Shown here piece after piece: positions 48,650 through 58,305 of a stretch of 64,000 nucleotides of DNA. Positions within the stretch are counted from its first letter, which is position 1. Each line of letters opens with the position of its first letter. Under the pieces are notes generated by a model that saw nothing but the letters and a program-made list of their open reading frames with translations, did not search any database and had not been told where the DNA came from. A program made the translations under genes and the position numbers. This DNA is from Kiritimatiellia bacterium (GTDB lineage Bacteria > Verrucomicrobiota > Kiritimatiellia > RFP12 > JBMNHG01): the NCBI GenBank assembly GCA_050950285.1, contig JBMNHG010000004.1, positions 62,001 through 126,000 on the forward strand. Direction: 5' to 3'.

Positions 48650-49063
48650 ATGTCGCACGAACTCGAAGAATCGAACGAGCTCCGGCTGGACTTCTCCAAG
48701 ATCGCCAGGATTGCGGAGACCTGCAAGGACGCCATCCCCGTGGCCGTGCAGCATGCCGACACGAAGGAGGTCATCCTCGTGGCGTACACCAACGAGTACG
48801 CCATGAGGGAGTCCTTCGCGAAGCGGAAGCTCATCCTGTGGTCCACCTCCCGCAACAAGCTTTGGTTCAAGGGCGAGACCAGCGGAGAGACCTTCGATTT
48901 GCTGGAGGCGTACGTGAACTGCGAGCAGAACTCGCTGCTCTACGTGGTGCGTCCCTGCCGCGGAGGCATCTGCCACACGAAGAACCAGGCCGGCGTGCCG
49001 CGCAACTGCTACTACCGGCGCATCGACTTCGACACGCTTGCGCTGTCGAACATCGACCCCTGA
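48650..49063 (+). CDS. hisI: Phosphoribosyl-AMP cyclohydrolase
   Basis: WSTSRNKLWFKGETSG, NCEQNSLL, ICH and NCYY motifs. Confidence 0.88.
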   Translation: MSHELEESNELRLDFSKIARIAETCKDAIPVAVQHADTKEVILVAYTNEYAMRESFAKRKLILWSTSRNKLWFKGETSGETFDLLEAYVNCEQNSLLYVVRPCRGGICHTKNQAGVPRNCYYRRIDFDTLALSNIDP

Positions 49064-49173
49064 CATTGCGCCGTCCGCGAATTGCGCCCGGCCGCCGCAT
49101 CGGCCGGGCGCATCCCCATCTCGCCGAGGCTCCGGCACGGCGCCGAGGGCCCGGCTCTTTCGGATCCATTCCT

Positions 49174-50001
49174 ATGTACAAGCGTTTGTTGACCATCCAG
49201 GACGTCTCCTGCGTGGGCCAGTGTTCCCTTACCGTGGCCCTTCCCGTGATTTCCGCATGCGGCGTGGAAACCGCCATCCTCCCCGCCGCCGTGCTCTCCA
49301 CCCACACGGGCGGCTTCAAGCACTATACCTTCTGTGACCTCACTCCCGAAATCGCCAGGATCGAGGAGAGCTGGAAGAAGGAAGGGATCCGCTTCGACGC
49401 CTTCTACACCGGATACGTGTGTCCCGAGCAAATCGATCCGATCCTGGGCCTCTTCGAAAGCTGCGCCGCGCCTGGAGCCGTCCGCGTGATCGATCCCGTG
49501 ATGGCGGACCATGGCGTACTCTATCCCGGCTTCGGCCCCGATTTCCCCGCGCAAATGGCGCGCCTCTGCCGCAGTGCCGACTACGTTCTCCCGAATCTGA
49601 CCGAAGCCGCCTTCTTGCTCGGCCGCGAGCCCGTGCTTTCGGGGTACGATCCGGGCTTCATCGAGCAGCTCGTCCGCGACCTTGCGGATGTCCTCGGCGC
49701 ACGGAACGTCGTGCTCACCGGCGTCTCCTTCGACCCCGCGCAGTTGGGCCTGGCCATCTTCGACGGCGAAACGGTCCGCTACGACTTCAATCCCCGCATC
49801 GAACGCATGTCGCACGGGACGGGCGACCTCTTCGCTTCGGTCTTCGCCGGCGCCCTTCTGCGCGGGTGGACGGCCTTCGATGCCGCCGCGCTCGCCGCCG
49901 ACATCGTCTGTTCCGCCATCAACGCCACGCCCGAGGAGCACTGGTACGGCGTGGCCTTCGAGAAGGTCCTCCCCGAACTGGTGGAGCGCCTCTCCCGCTG
50001 A
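49174..50001 (+). CDS. pdxK: Pyridoxal/pyridoxamine kinase
   Basis: QDVSCVGQCSL, LSTHTGG, IDPVMADHG, PNLTEA, HGTGDLFAS motifs. Confidence 0.88.
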   Translation: MYKRLLTIQDVSCVGQCSLTVALPVISACGVETAILPAAVLSTHTGGFKHYTFCDLTPEIARIEESWKKEGIRFDAFYTGYVCPEQIDPILGLFESCAAPGAVRVIDPVMADHGVLYPGFGPDFPAQMARLCRSADYVLPNLTEAAFLLGREPVLSGYDPGFIEQLVRDLADVLGARNVVLTGVSFDPAQLGLAIFDGETVRYDFNPRIERMSHGTGDLFASVFAGALLRGWTAFDAAALAADIVCSAINATPEEHWYGVAFEKVLPELVERLSR

Positions 50002-50009
50002 CAGGCGAA

Positions 50010-50366
50010 TCACGTTTCCGCGAAGACCCGGATCCGCTCGAGGGTCTCGGCGCTCAGGATGTGTTCCATCAGGCAGGCGTCGCGCCCGGCAATCTCCTCC
50101 GGCACTCCCAGCTTCACCAGGAAATCCCGGAGAAGGTGGTGGCGGGCGAGAATCTCCTTGGCGCGAGCCTCGCCGGAGCGCGTGAGCCGGATGTCCCCAT
50201 ACGGTTCCTGCTCGACGAGGCCCGCCGCCTTGAGTTCCTGCACGGCCTTGATGACCGACGGCATCTTCACGCCGAGCGACGACGCGACGTCGCGGACGCG
50301 CGCGCGCTTCCGCTCCCGGATGAGCACGTAGATCGTCTCGAGATAGTCTTCCAGGCTTTGGGTCAT
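50010..50366 (-). CDS. DtxR/MntR-family metal-dependent transcriptional regulator
   Basis: SLEDYLETIY, PSV, LTxxG, RHHLL, DACLMEH motifs; alternative start at 50381. Confidence 0.92.
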   Translation of the reverse strand: MTQSLEDYLETIYVLIRERKRARVRDVASSLGVKMPSVIKAVQELKAAGLVEQEPYGDIRLTRSGEARAKEILARHHLLRDFLVKLGVPEEIAGRDACLMEHILSAETLERIRVFAET

Positions 50367-50431
50367 GGCGATGGGGGTCATGGGAATGGGGGCAGGGGGC
50401 AATGCGATCGGGCCGGGACGAGGCGCCGTTG

Positions 50432-52585
50432 CTACACGATTTCGATGCGGTGGCGGCGTCCGTAGGCCCAGAAGGCGGCGAACATCGCCACGAGGATGCC
50501 GACGCCGATGGAGAACCACATCAGGCTGTGCGAGACGGTGACGGCGTGGTAGATCGTGGCGACCGACCACCCAAAGAGCGTCAGGTACGCCACGAAGATG
50601 CAGCCGTACACGGTTCCGATTTCCTTGAAGACGACCGCTGTCGCCCCGACGCACGGCACGTAGAGCAGAATGAAGAGAAGATACGCGAAGGCCTGGTGGA
50701 AGCCCTTCGGGAAATGGCGGCGCATTTCGTCGCCCAACCCTCCGTTCCCCTTGCGTTCTCCGTCTTCCTGTGCCGGACGGGCGCGTTCGGCCTCCTGGCC
50801 GTAGAGTCCCTCCAGCGTCCCGATCACCGATTCTTTCGCGAAGAGTCCGGTGAAGATCGCGACGGAAGCGGGCCAGTTTTCCGGCTCGACGCCGATGGGG
50901 CCGAACGCCGGGGTAAGCGCCTTGCCGGCCGCCGCGAGGATCGTCTCCCCGGAGATGGCCCCGTCGCGGTGCACCCTGCCGTGCACATCGAAGCTGTTGA
51001 GCAGCCCCAGGACGATCATCATCGGAACGATAAACTTGCCGGCCCGGAAGAGAAAGCACTTCAGGCGTTCGAACGTGTGGAGGAGGATGTGGCGGAGGCG
51101 CGGCAGGTGGTAGGGCGGAAGCTCCATGATGAAATGGCCGGGCGTGCCTCGGAAGAGCGTCTTCTTGAGCAGAAGGCTGGTGGCCACGCCCAGCACGATG
51201 CCCGCGAGATACAGCATCAGCATCATCTTGCCGGGAGACTCCGGGGAGAAGGCCACCGCGAAGGCCGCATAGACGGGGAGTTTCGCGCCGCAGCTCATGA
51301 ACGGGATCATGAAGACGGTGAGCAGGCGATCCCGCTTCGACTCGAGCGTGCGCGTCGCCATGATTGCCGGTACCGAGCATCCGAAGCCCACCAGCAGCGG
51401 CACGAGGCTCTTCCCGGGAAGCCCCATGCCCCGCATGAAGCGGTCTGCCAGGAACGCCGCGCGCGCCATGTAGCCGGAGTCCTCGAGAATCGACAGCGCA
51501 AGGAACATGGAGAAGATGACGGGCACGAACGAGAACAGGACGGTGAGCGCACTGCCGACTCCGCCCGAAAAGATGACGACGAATCCCGCGGGGAGATGGC
51601 AGATGTCCGCGAGGAACTTCTCCGGGAGCGTCTGGAAGAGAAGCCTCCCCATCCATTCGAACGCTTTCGTCGGCGCGCCGGTGGCAAGTTGGACGAGGAA
51701 GAAGACCGTCGCCATGATCGCCAGGAAGATCGGGATGCCAAGAACGCGGTTGAGGACAAAGCGATCCAGGATGTCCGAGACGTACGTCTTCGACGTCCGC
51801 ACGCGGACGACGTCGCGAACGAGGCCGGCGATGACGCCGTAGCGGGCTTCGGCCAATTCGATGTCGGGAGGGTCGCCGAGGACCTCGGTGACCCGCGCGA
51901 TCGCGCCTTCGATCAGCTCCGGCGCCATGTCGTGGTAGGCGATGAGGGCCTTGGTCACGAGCGGCTCCCCCTCCAGCGCCTTCAGGGCCACCCATTCGCG
52001 GCTCACCCGCAGCGCTTCGGCCGTCTTGACCGTACCGGAAGCAAGGATGTCGATCTCCTGCTCGAGCTCGTTGCCATACGCGAGCTTGATCGACGGGACC
52101 TTCGCGTCGCACAGGTTCGCCAGGATCTTCCGGATGTCGAGCGGGTTGTGCCCGTTGACGCCCAGCACGGGGACGCCCAGATGGTCCGAGAGGTGGTCGA
52201 GGTCGATCTCGATGCCCCGCTGGCGGGCGATGTCCATCATGGTCACGACAACGATCATCGGAACCTTCATCTCGGCGAGGAGAAGGGTCAGGTAGAGGTT
52301 CCGTTCGAGGGTGGTGGCGTCGAGGAGATTGATGTACAGGTCGGCCTCGTGCGAGAGCACGTATTCGAGCGTGATGCGCTCGTCCTCGCTGGTCGCGGAG
52401 AGGGAATAGACGCCGGGCAGGTCGACAACCCGCACGCACGTGCCGTCGGGGAGCGTCGCGACACCCTCCTTTTTCTCCACGGTTACGCCCGGCCAGTTCC
52501 CGATGGACTGTTTCGAACCGGTGAGGCCGTTGAAGACCGTGGTCTTCCCGCAGTTTGGATTTCCAATCAGGCCAACGGTCAGCAT
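50432..52585 (-). CDS. feoB: Ferrous iron transport protein B
   Basis: GNPNCGKTT, GNWPGVTVE, DLPGVYSL, LEDSGYMARAAF, LYVPC motifs. Confidence 0.96.
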   Translation of the reverse strand: MLTVGLIGNPNCGKTTVFNGLTGSKQSIGNWPGVTVEKKEGVATLPDGTCVRVVDLPGVYSLSATSEDERITLEYVLSHEADLYINLLDATTLERNLYLTLLLAEMKVPMIVVVTMMDIARQRGIEIDLDHLSDHLGVPVLGVNGHNPLDIRKILANLCDAKVPSIKLAYGNELEQEIDILASGTVKTAEALRVSREWVALKALEGEPLVTKALIAYHDMAPELIEGAIARVTEVLGDPPDIELAEARYGVIAGLVRDVVRVRTSKTYVSDILDRFVLNRVLGIPIFLAIMATVFFLVQLATGAPTKAFEWMGRLLFQTLPEKFLADICHLPAGFVVIFSGGVGSALTVLFSFVPVIFSMFLALSILEDSGYMARAAFLADRFMRGMGLPGKSLVPLLVGFGCSVPAIMATRTLESKRDRLLTVFMIPFMSCGAKLPVYAAFAVAFSPESPGKMMLMLYLAGIVLGVATSLLLKKTLFRGTPGHFIMELPPYHLPRLRHILLHTFERLKCFLFRAGKFIVPMMIVLGLLNSFDVHGRVHRDGAISGETILAAAGKALTPAFGPIGVEPENWPASVAIFTGLFAKESVIGTLEGLYGQEAERARPAQEDGERKGNGGLGDEMRRHFPKGFHQAFAYLLFILLYVPCVGATAVVFKEIGTVYGCIFVAYLTLFGWSVATIYHAVTVSHSLMWFSIGVGILVAMFAAFWAYGRRHRIEIV

Positions 52586-52839
52586 GTGCGGCTATCCTTC
52601 GCTTGTTTTGCCGAGATGGGGCGTACTTTGACGACCTTGGCCTCGTCCCTTCGGAGCGAGAGATGGTATCCGCGGACAGCGAGTTCCATGGGATCGCCCA
52701 GCGGCGCTACGTTGACGACCTTGATCCGCACGCCGCTTGTGAGGCCCAGGGCGAGCAGCTTGGCCCGGTAGGCCGCATTGCCCAGCGTATATCCGGTGAT
52801 TTCCGCGATTTGCCCTGTCTTGAGATCCGCCATCGTCAT
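52579..52839 (-). CDS. feoA: Ferrous iron transport protein A
   Basis: LLALGLTSG, APLGDP, LSLRRDEA motifs. Confidence 0.93.
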   Translation of the reverse strand: MTMADLKTGQIAEITGYTLGNAAYRAKLLALGLTSGVRIKVVNVAPLGDPMELAVRGYHLSLRRDEAKVVKVRPISAKQAKDSRTC

Positions 52840-52853
52840 GAAACCGAAATCCT

Positions 52854-52916
52854 GTTTGCCAAAAGGGGCGTTTGTTAGTTTTGGCAAACTTTATCGGCGG
52901 GGGCCTGTTTCGTCAA
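52854..52916 (-). promoter_or_regulatory. feoAB promoter with candidate metal-repressor operator
   Basis: Minus strand TTGACG-17-TAAAGT; perfect 11-bp inverted repeat GTTTGCCAAAA-N14-TTTTGGCAAAC overlapping the -10/start region. Confidence 0.6.
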
Positions 52917-53021
52917 GAGGGGAATCCGCAGAAAGATTCGGATGGGCGAAACGGGCTCTGTGCACGACGTCGCGCAACGGGGCGCGGCGGCGGGCGGAAT
53001 CATCCGGAACTCGGGGAATGG

Positions 53022-54425
53022 CTAGCGGACGACCAGGTTCTCGACGTGTTCGTTTTTCCGGATGACGGCCTGGGAAAGCGGCGCGCCGCGAAGGGTGATG
53101 TTTTCCAGCAGGACGTCGCGGGTCTTGTGGCCGGGGTCGTTGCCGCGGATTTCGACGATGGGGTCGAGTTCGCCGTTCACCGACACGTTCCGCACGGTCA
53201 CGCCTTCGATGCGTCCGGTACGGGAGTCGGTGGACCAGCAGTCCTTGTCGTTGTCGATCTTGAGGATGACGCGGCCGCCGCCTTCGGCGAGCGAACTCCG
53301 GGGGTATTCGAGGGTGATGTTTTCGAAGAGGATGTCCCGGACGGTGCCGCCGTCGGCCACGTGAACGCCCAGGGCCCAGTGGCGGCTGAAGAGCATGTCG
53401 CAGTTCCGGTAGACGACGTCCGAGATGTCCGCGCGGGTTTCGTAGGTGACGCCGAAGGCATAGCCCCAGTCGTCCCAGGCCACGCAGCGTTCGTAGCGGA
53501 TGCCGTGGGACGGCTTGTCCGCGGAGGTGGTTTTCACGGCGAAGCTGTCGTCATGCGTCCGGACGAAGGTGTCATGGACGAAGACATCGCGCGAGTTCAC
53601 GCAGTTCACGCCGTCGCTGTTGAGGCGTCCGCTGATGCAGCAGAGGCCGTCCACCTCCACGTGGTCGGAATCGAAGATGGGGAGGTGCCAGTTGGGGGAG
53701 TTCCGGAGGATGATGCCTTCGATGCGGACGTTGCGGGCGCGTTGGAGATGGACGAGGTTGAAGGAGGGGTGGGGCATCTGGGTGCCGTCGAGGATGCCCC
53801 GGCCGCGGACGACCACGTTTTCCGCCTCGCGCGCGGAGACGACTGCGCCGCTGTAGTTGACGAGATCGAGCACGCCGCCCCGCACGCCCTGGATGCCGGC
53901 GGGAAGGACGGCGCGCACGATGGCCTCCGGATGGAGGTAGAGCGTCTGCCCGCTTTCCAGCGGGATGGAGTTCACCCAATGTTCGCCGGGGCCGAAGTAG
54001 ACCACGTCCGGGTCGTCGGGGGAGGGGACGTCCGTTTCGGGGCGGTGGGTGAAGAAGTGGAGGGGTTCGGAGTCCTGGCCATCGAGCACGAGAGTGACCG
54101 GGCGGGGTTCCGTCATCGTGAAGGCGATGGAGCGGCCGGAGACTGCGGCCTGGATGCCGGCGGAGCGGGGGAGGATTTCGGCCGTCGAAAAATCGCGGGA
54201 GACGGTCACCGTCACGGCGGCTTCGCCTTCGAAATCGAAGCGGGCGAAGCCGGCCCATTCCGTGCGCCCGTTGAGCATGTGGGTCCAGCCCGCGTCGTGG
54301 GGACGGTGGATCTCCTCGCGGACGCGCGCCGACCAGACGGGAATCTCCACGCCGTTGGCAGCGACGTCGTACAGGGGGAAGGGTTTTTCGGAGAGGGGGA
54401 GGGGCCAGGTGACGAGCGTGCTCAT
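53022..54425 (-). CDS. GH28-like right-handed beta-helix glycoside hydrolase
   Basis: VYFGPGEH, GRGILDG, NSDG, THDDSFAVK motifs. Confidence 0.82.
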   Translation of the reverse strand: MSTLVTWPLPLSEKPFPLYDVAANGVEIPVWSARVREEIHRPHDAGWTHMLNGRTEWAGFARFDFEGEAAVTVTVSRDFSTAEILPRSAGIQAAVSGRSIAFTMTEPRPVTLVLDGQDSEPLHFFTHRPETDVPSPDDPDVVYFGPGEHWVNSIPLESGQTLYLHPEAIVRAVLPAGIQGVRGGVLDLVNYSGAVVSAREAENVVVRGRGILDGTQMPHPSFNLVHLQRARNVRIEGIILRNSPNWHLPIFDSDHVEVDGLCCISGRLNSDGVNCVNSRDVFVHDTFVRTHDDSFAVKTTSADKPSHGIRYERCVAWDDWGYAFGVTYETRADISDVVYRNCDMLFSRHWALGVHVADGGTVRDILFENITLEYPRSSLAEGGGRVILKIDNDKDCWSTDSRTGRIEGVTVRNVSVNGELDPIVEIRGNDPGHKTRDVLLENITLRGAPLSQAVIRKNEHVENLVVR

Positions 54426-54447
54426 GGCGTCCGGCGTGGTGCAAGGG

Positions 54448-54999
54448 CTAGGGGAGAAGGGCCGCAAGGAGCCTGGCGCGGTTTTCCTCGGCGTCGCGCA
54501 GGGCCTCCATGAGGGCGCGGGAGGAGACGGTCGCGGCGGTGATCGCCTCGATCGGGCCGCCGTCCTTCGTGACGGTCCAGTCCGAGGGGAAGGAGGCGTT
54601 TCGGATGCGTTCGTGCATGGGCTCCTTGTCCACCTTCGATCCGAGGCCGGGGGTCTCGTTCATCTGGAGCACCTGGTACTCCATGACCTTCCCCCCGGCG
54701 TCGAAGGCCACGAGGATGCGGAGGTCGCCGCCGTAGCCATTGGCGGACATCCCCTGGACGGCGATGCCGCCGATGGCGCCGGAGGCGTCGCGGACGGCGA
54801 AGCCGGAGAGGGTTCCGTCGGGCGTCCCGACCTTTTCGGCGGAGTCGGTGGAGAGCAGGGTGGCGGCGGCCTTGAGTTCGCGCGCGGCGGCACCTTCGGC
54901 GATCGGGCCTTTCGTCTTTGCGTTCACGAAGCCCAGCAATGCCGCGCACACGGCGCAGATGAGGGTGGGAACGAGCATCAGCCTGAAAAATTCGTTCAT
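54448..54999 (-). CDS. rnfG: Rnf electron transport complex subunit G
   Basis: GYGGD, ETPGLG and FMN-binding ITAATVSS motifs. Confidence 0.9.
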   Translation of the reverse strand: MNEFFRLMLVPTLICAVCAALLGFVNAKTKGPIAEGAAARELKAAATLLSTDSAEKVGTPDGTLSGFAVRDASGAIGGIAVQGMSANGYGGDLRILVAFDAGGKVMEYQVLQMNETPGLGSKVDKEPMHERIRNASFPSDWTVTKDGGPIEAITAATVSSRALMEALRDAEENRARLLAALLP

Positions 55000-55042
55000 G
55001 TCGGGATCCGTTGGATGGGGCGAGTGCGTGTCTTGCGAAACG

Positions 55043-56041
55043 TTACTTGGCGGCGTAGGGCTTCCGGTATCCGAAGACCTTGGGTCGGAAGAGGCGGTCG
55101 ATGAGCGGCGAGAAGGCGTTCATGATGAGGATGGCGAAGCTCACGCCTTCGGGGTAGGCGCCGGATGGGACGGTGCGGAAGACCATCGTGAGCACGCCGC
55201 AGCCCACGCCGAAGAGGAACTGGCCCTTGCGGGAGATGGGGGTTGTCACCATGTCCGTCGCCATGAAAAAGGCGCCGAGCAGGAGGCCGCCGGAGAGAAG
55301 GTGGAAGAGGGGCGGGAGCGAGGCGTCCGGCAGGGCCCGTTGGAAGATGGCGGCGTAGAGGGCCACGGTGCCGAGGTATGCGACGGGCGTGTGCCAGGAG
55401 ATGACGCCGCGGTAGAGCATGTACGCGCCGCCGAGAAGGATCGCGAGGGCGGAGGTTTCGCCGAGGCATCCGTTCCGGTCGCCGAGGAAGAAGCGCCACG
55501 CCATGGTGCCGTCGAAGGTGAACGGCACGGCCTGTGCGGCGCGGAAGGCTTCCTTGGAGAGTCCGAGCGGGGTGGCGGTGGTGATGGCGTCCGCGGCGGC
55601 GGGATTCCATCCGGAGGCGGTCCAGGTGGTCATCGCGCCGGCGAAGGAGACGAGCAGGAACGCGCGGCCGATGAGGGCGGGGTTGAAGGGGTTGAGCCCG
55701 AGGCCGCCGAAGACCTGCTTGGCGATGGCGATGGCGACGACCGAACCGACGACCGCCATCCATCCCGGCAGTTCGGGCGGGAGGTTGAAGGCGAGAAGCA
55801 CGCCGGTGACCGTCGCGGAGAGGTCGCCCAGCGTGTTGTCGCGCTTCATCATCTTCCGGCAGATCCATTCGGTGGCGAGACAGGAGGCCACGCAGATGGC
55901 GACAAGGCGCGGAGCGTTCCAGCCGAAGAACCAGCAGGCGGCGGCGAAGGCCGGAACGAGGGCGATCAGCACGTCCAGCATCACGCGCCGGACGGTGTTG
56001 CCGCTGTGGATGTGCGGGGAGGAACTGACGATGGGCTTCAT
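55043..56041 (-). CDS. rnfD: Rnf electron transport complex subunit D
   Basis: SSPHI, FGGLGLNPFNPAL, TTATPL, FFMATD motifs. Confidence 0.94.
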   Translation of the reverse strand: MKPIVSSSPHIHSGNTVRRVMLDVLIALVPAFAAACWFFGWNAPRLVAICVASCLATEWICRKMMKRDNTLGDLSATVTGVLLAFNLPPELPGWMAVVGSVVAIAIAKQVFGGLGLNPFNPALIGRAFLLVSFAGAMTTWTASGWNPAAADAITTATPLGLSKEAFRAAQAVPFTFDGTMAWRFFLGDRNGCLGETSALAILLGGAYMLYRGVISWHTPVAYLGTVALYAAIFQRALPDASLPPLFHLLSGGLLLGAFFMATDMVTTPISRKGQFLFGVGCGVLTMVFRTVPSGAYPEGVSFAILIMNAFSPLIDRLFRPKVFGYRKPYAAK

Positions 56042-56103
56042 GGGCGGACGGGGGAGGGGAGGTGGTGGGGAAGGCGATTCGCGCGTGGCGGCGGGTGAAG
56101 CGG

Positions 56104-57477
56104 TCATCCCTTGGCGGGGGGCTTCGCGGCGGCCTGGGCGGCGCGCCGCTGGTTTTCCAGGATAACCTTGGCGCGCCGGAAATGCTGGACGAGGGGACGG
56201 GATGCGGGGCATACATAGGCGCAGGAACCGCACTCGAAGCAGTTCATGACGCCGAGCTCGCCGGCGACGGAGATGTTGTCGGCTTCGATGGCCTGGCTCA
56301 TCTCGGAGGGGGAGAGCTTCATGGGGCAAGCGTCGAGGCAGCGCCCGCAGGAGAGGCAGGGCTGGGAGGTGAATTGCTGGACGAGGCGGGGCGAAAAGAG
56401 GAGGAGGCCGGACGATGTCTTCGTCATCGGCGTGTCGAGGCTGGGCTGTGCGAATCCCATCATCGGGCCGCCGGCGATGATCTTGGCGATGGGGCCCTTC
56501 GCGCCGCCGCAGGCGTCTGCGAGGTCGGCGAAGGTTGTCCCGATGGGGGCGACGAGATTGTCGGGCTGCGCCACGGCGTCGCCGCTCACGGTGATGGCGC
56601 GGTGGGTGAGGGGGCGGCCGTGGACCACGGCCTGCTGGATGGCGTAGAGGGTCGAGGGGTTGTCCACGACGCATCCGATGTCCATCGGGAGCCCGCCTGC
56701 GGGGACGGCCCGGCGGGTCACGGTGTAGATGATCTGCTTTTCGCTGCCCTGGGGGTAGCGCACGGGAAGCTTCACGAGCACCGCGCCTTCGCCGATGTCT
56801 TTCGCCTTCATCGCGGCCTCCATGGCGTCGATGGCTTCGGGCTTGTTGGTCTCGATGGCGACGGCCACGCGATAGGCGCCGAGGATTTTGCGGGCGATGA
56901 GGCAGCCCTCCCAGATTTCGGCGGCGCGCTCGGCCATCATGCGATGGTCGCAGGTGAGGTACGGCTCGCACTCGGCGCCGTTGAGGATCAGGGTGTCGAT
57001 CGGCTTGCCGGGGGGAGGGGAGAGTTTGACCCGCGTGGGGAAGCCGGCGCCGCCCATGCCGCAGACGCCGCCGGCGCCGATGCGATCGAGGAGTTCCGGA
57101 TCGTCGCGTGCCTCCCAGTCGGGCATGGGCGGCAGGCCGCTGTCGTAGGCGTCGGTTCCGTCGGGTTCGAGGACGATGGCCTGGGCCTCGCGGCCCGCGG
57201 CGGTGGGGACGGTCGCGAACGCCGCGATCTTCCCGGCTACGGGCGCGTGGACGTTCGCCGAAACCGTGCCTGCGGCTTCGCCGATGAGTTGTCCGCCGAC
57301 CACGGTGTCGCCCACGGCCACGACGGGCTTCGCCGGGGCGCCAAGATGCTGCGAGAGGGAGAGCAGCAGCTTCGCGGGAACGGGAATCTCGCGCAGGGGG
57401 CGGTTGGCGCTCTTCTCCTTGTCGTAGCGGGGATGGATGCCGCCGTGGAAACGGAATTTCGAGTGGATGGTCTGCAT
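56104..57477 (-). CDS. rnfC: Rnf electron transport complex subunit C
   Basis: GMGGAGFPT, NGAECEPYLT, YPQGSEK and two 4Fe-4S Cys motifs. Confidence 0.95.
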   Translation of the reverse strand: MQTIHSKFRFHGGIHPRYDKEKSANRPLREIPVPAKLLLSLSQHLGAPAKPVVAVGDTVVGGQLIGEAAGTVSANVHAPVAGKIAAFATVPTAAGREAQAIVLEPDGTDAYDSGLPPMPDWEARDDPELLDRIGAGGVCGMGGAGFPTRVKLSPPPGKPIDTLILNGAECEPYLTCDHRMMAERAAEIWEGCLIARKILGAYRVAVAIETNKPEAIDAMEAAMKAKDIGEGAVLVKLPVRYPQGSEKQIIYTVTRRAVPAGGLPMDIGCVVDNPSTLYAIQQAVVHGRPLTHRAITVSGDAVAQPDNLVAPIGTTFADLADACGGAKGPIAKIIAGGPMMGFAQPSLDTPMTKTSSGLLLFSPRLVQQFTSQPCLSCGRCLDACPMKLSPSEMSQAIEADNISVAGELGVMNCFECGSCAYVCPASRPLVQHFRRAKVILENQRRAAQAAAKPPAKG

Positions 57478-57504
57478 GGCGTGGATCTCGTCGAAAGGAT
57501 GGAA

Positions 57505-58290
57505 TCAGGCCGGACGGATGCATTTGCCCGGGCATTTCTCGATGATCGCATCGGCGTTCGCGGGCGGATTCGCATAGTCGAGCACGGCGAGGGCGCCCTC
57601 CATCGAGAAGGATTCCGGAGCCATCCTGGCGCAGAGCGAGCATCCGAGGCAGCCGGCGGTGCATTGCTTGCGGACGTCGGGCCCTTTCGCCTTCGACTTG
57701 CAGAGGAGCACGACGGGGGCGTCCAGCGGGACGAGCGCGATCAGGTGGCGCGGGCAGGCGGCGACGCACTTCCCGCAACCGATGCAGGCTGCGGGGTTCA
57801 CGCGGGCGAGCCCATCCTCGATCGTGATGGCATGGACTGGGCAAACCCGCACGCACGAGCCGTAGCCGAGGCAGCCGTAGGTGCAGGCCTTGTCCCCGCC
57901 GGCCGTGGCGTGGGCGCTGGCGCAGTCGATGAGCCCGTTGTAGTCGAAGCGGCGCTTCGAGGCGGTGTGGGTGCCGAGGCACTGCACCACGGCGCGGCGG
58001 CGGATGACCTCCCCGGCGGCGACGCCCATGATGGCGGAGATTTGTTGGATCCCCTCGGCGCTGCACGCCATGCAGAGGTTCGTGGCGGCGCCCTGCTCGA
58101 CGATGGCCTTCGCGTAGTCCGCGCACCCCGCAAAGCCGCAGCCGCCGCAGTTTGCCCCGGGAAGGAGTCCTTCGACCTCGGCAATCCGCGGATCCTCCTC
58201 CACGCTGAAATATCGCGCCGCGATCGCGAGCGCGGCACCGCAAAGCAGCCCGAGGCCGCCAATCCACAAGGTGGGAACCAGAAGATCCAT
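57505..58290 (-). CDS. rnfB: Rnf electron transport complex subunit B
   Basis: LPGANCGGCGFAGC and several ferredoxin motifs. Confidence 0.94.
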   Translation of the reverse strand: MDLLVPTLWIGGLGLLCGAALAIAARYFSVEEDPRIAEVEGLLPGANCGGCGFAGCADYAKAIVEQGAATNLCMACSAEGIQQISAIMGVAAGEVIRRRAVVQCLGTHTASKRRFDYNGLIDCASAHATAGGDKACTYGCLGYGSCVRVCPVHAITIEDGLARVNPAACIGCGKCVAACPRHLIALVPLDAPVVLLCKSKAKGPDVRKQCTAGCLGCSLCARMAPESFSMEGALAVLDYANPPANADAIIEKCPGKCIRPA

Positions 58291-58305
58291 GGCCGTACTC
58301 CGCGA

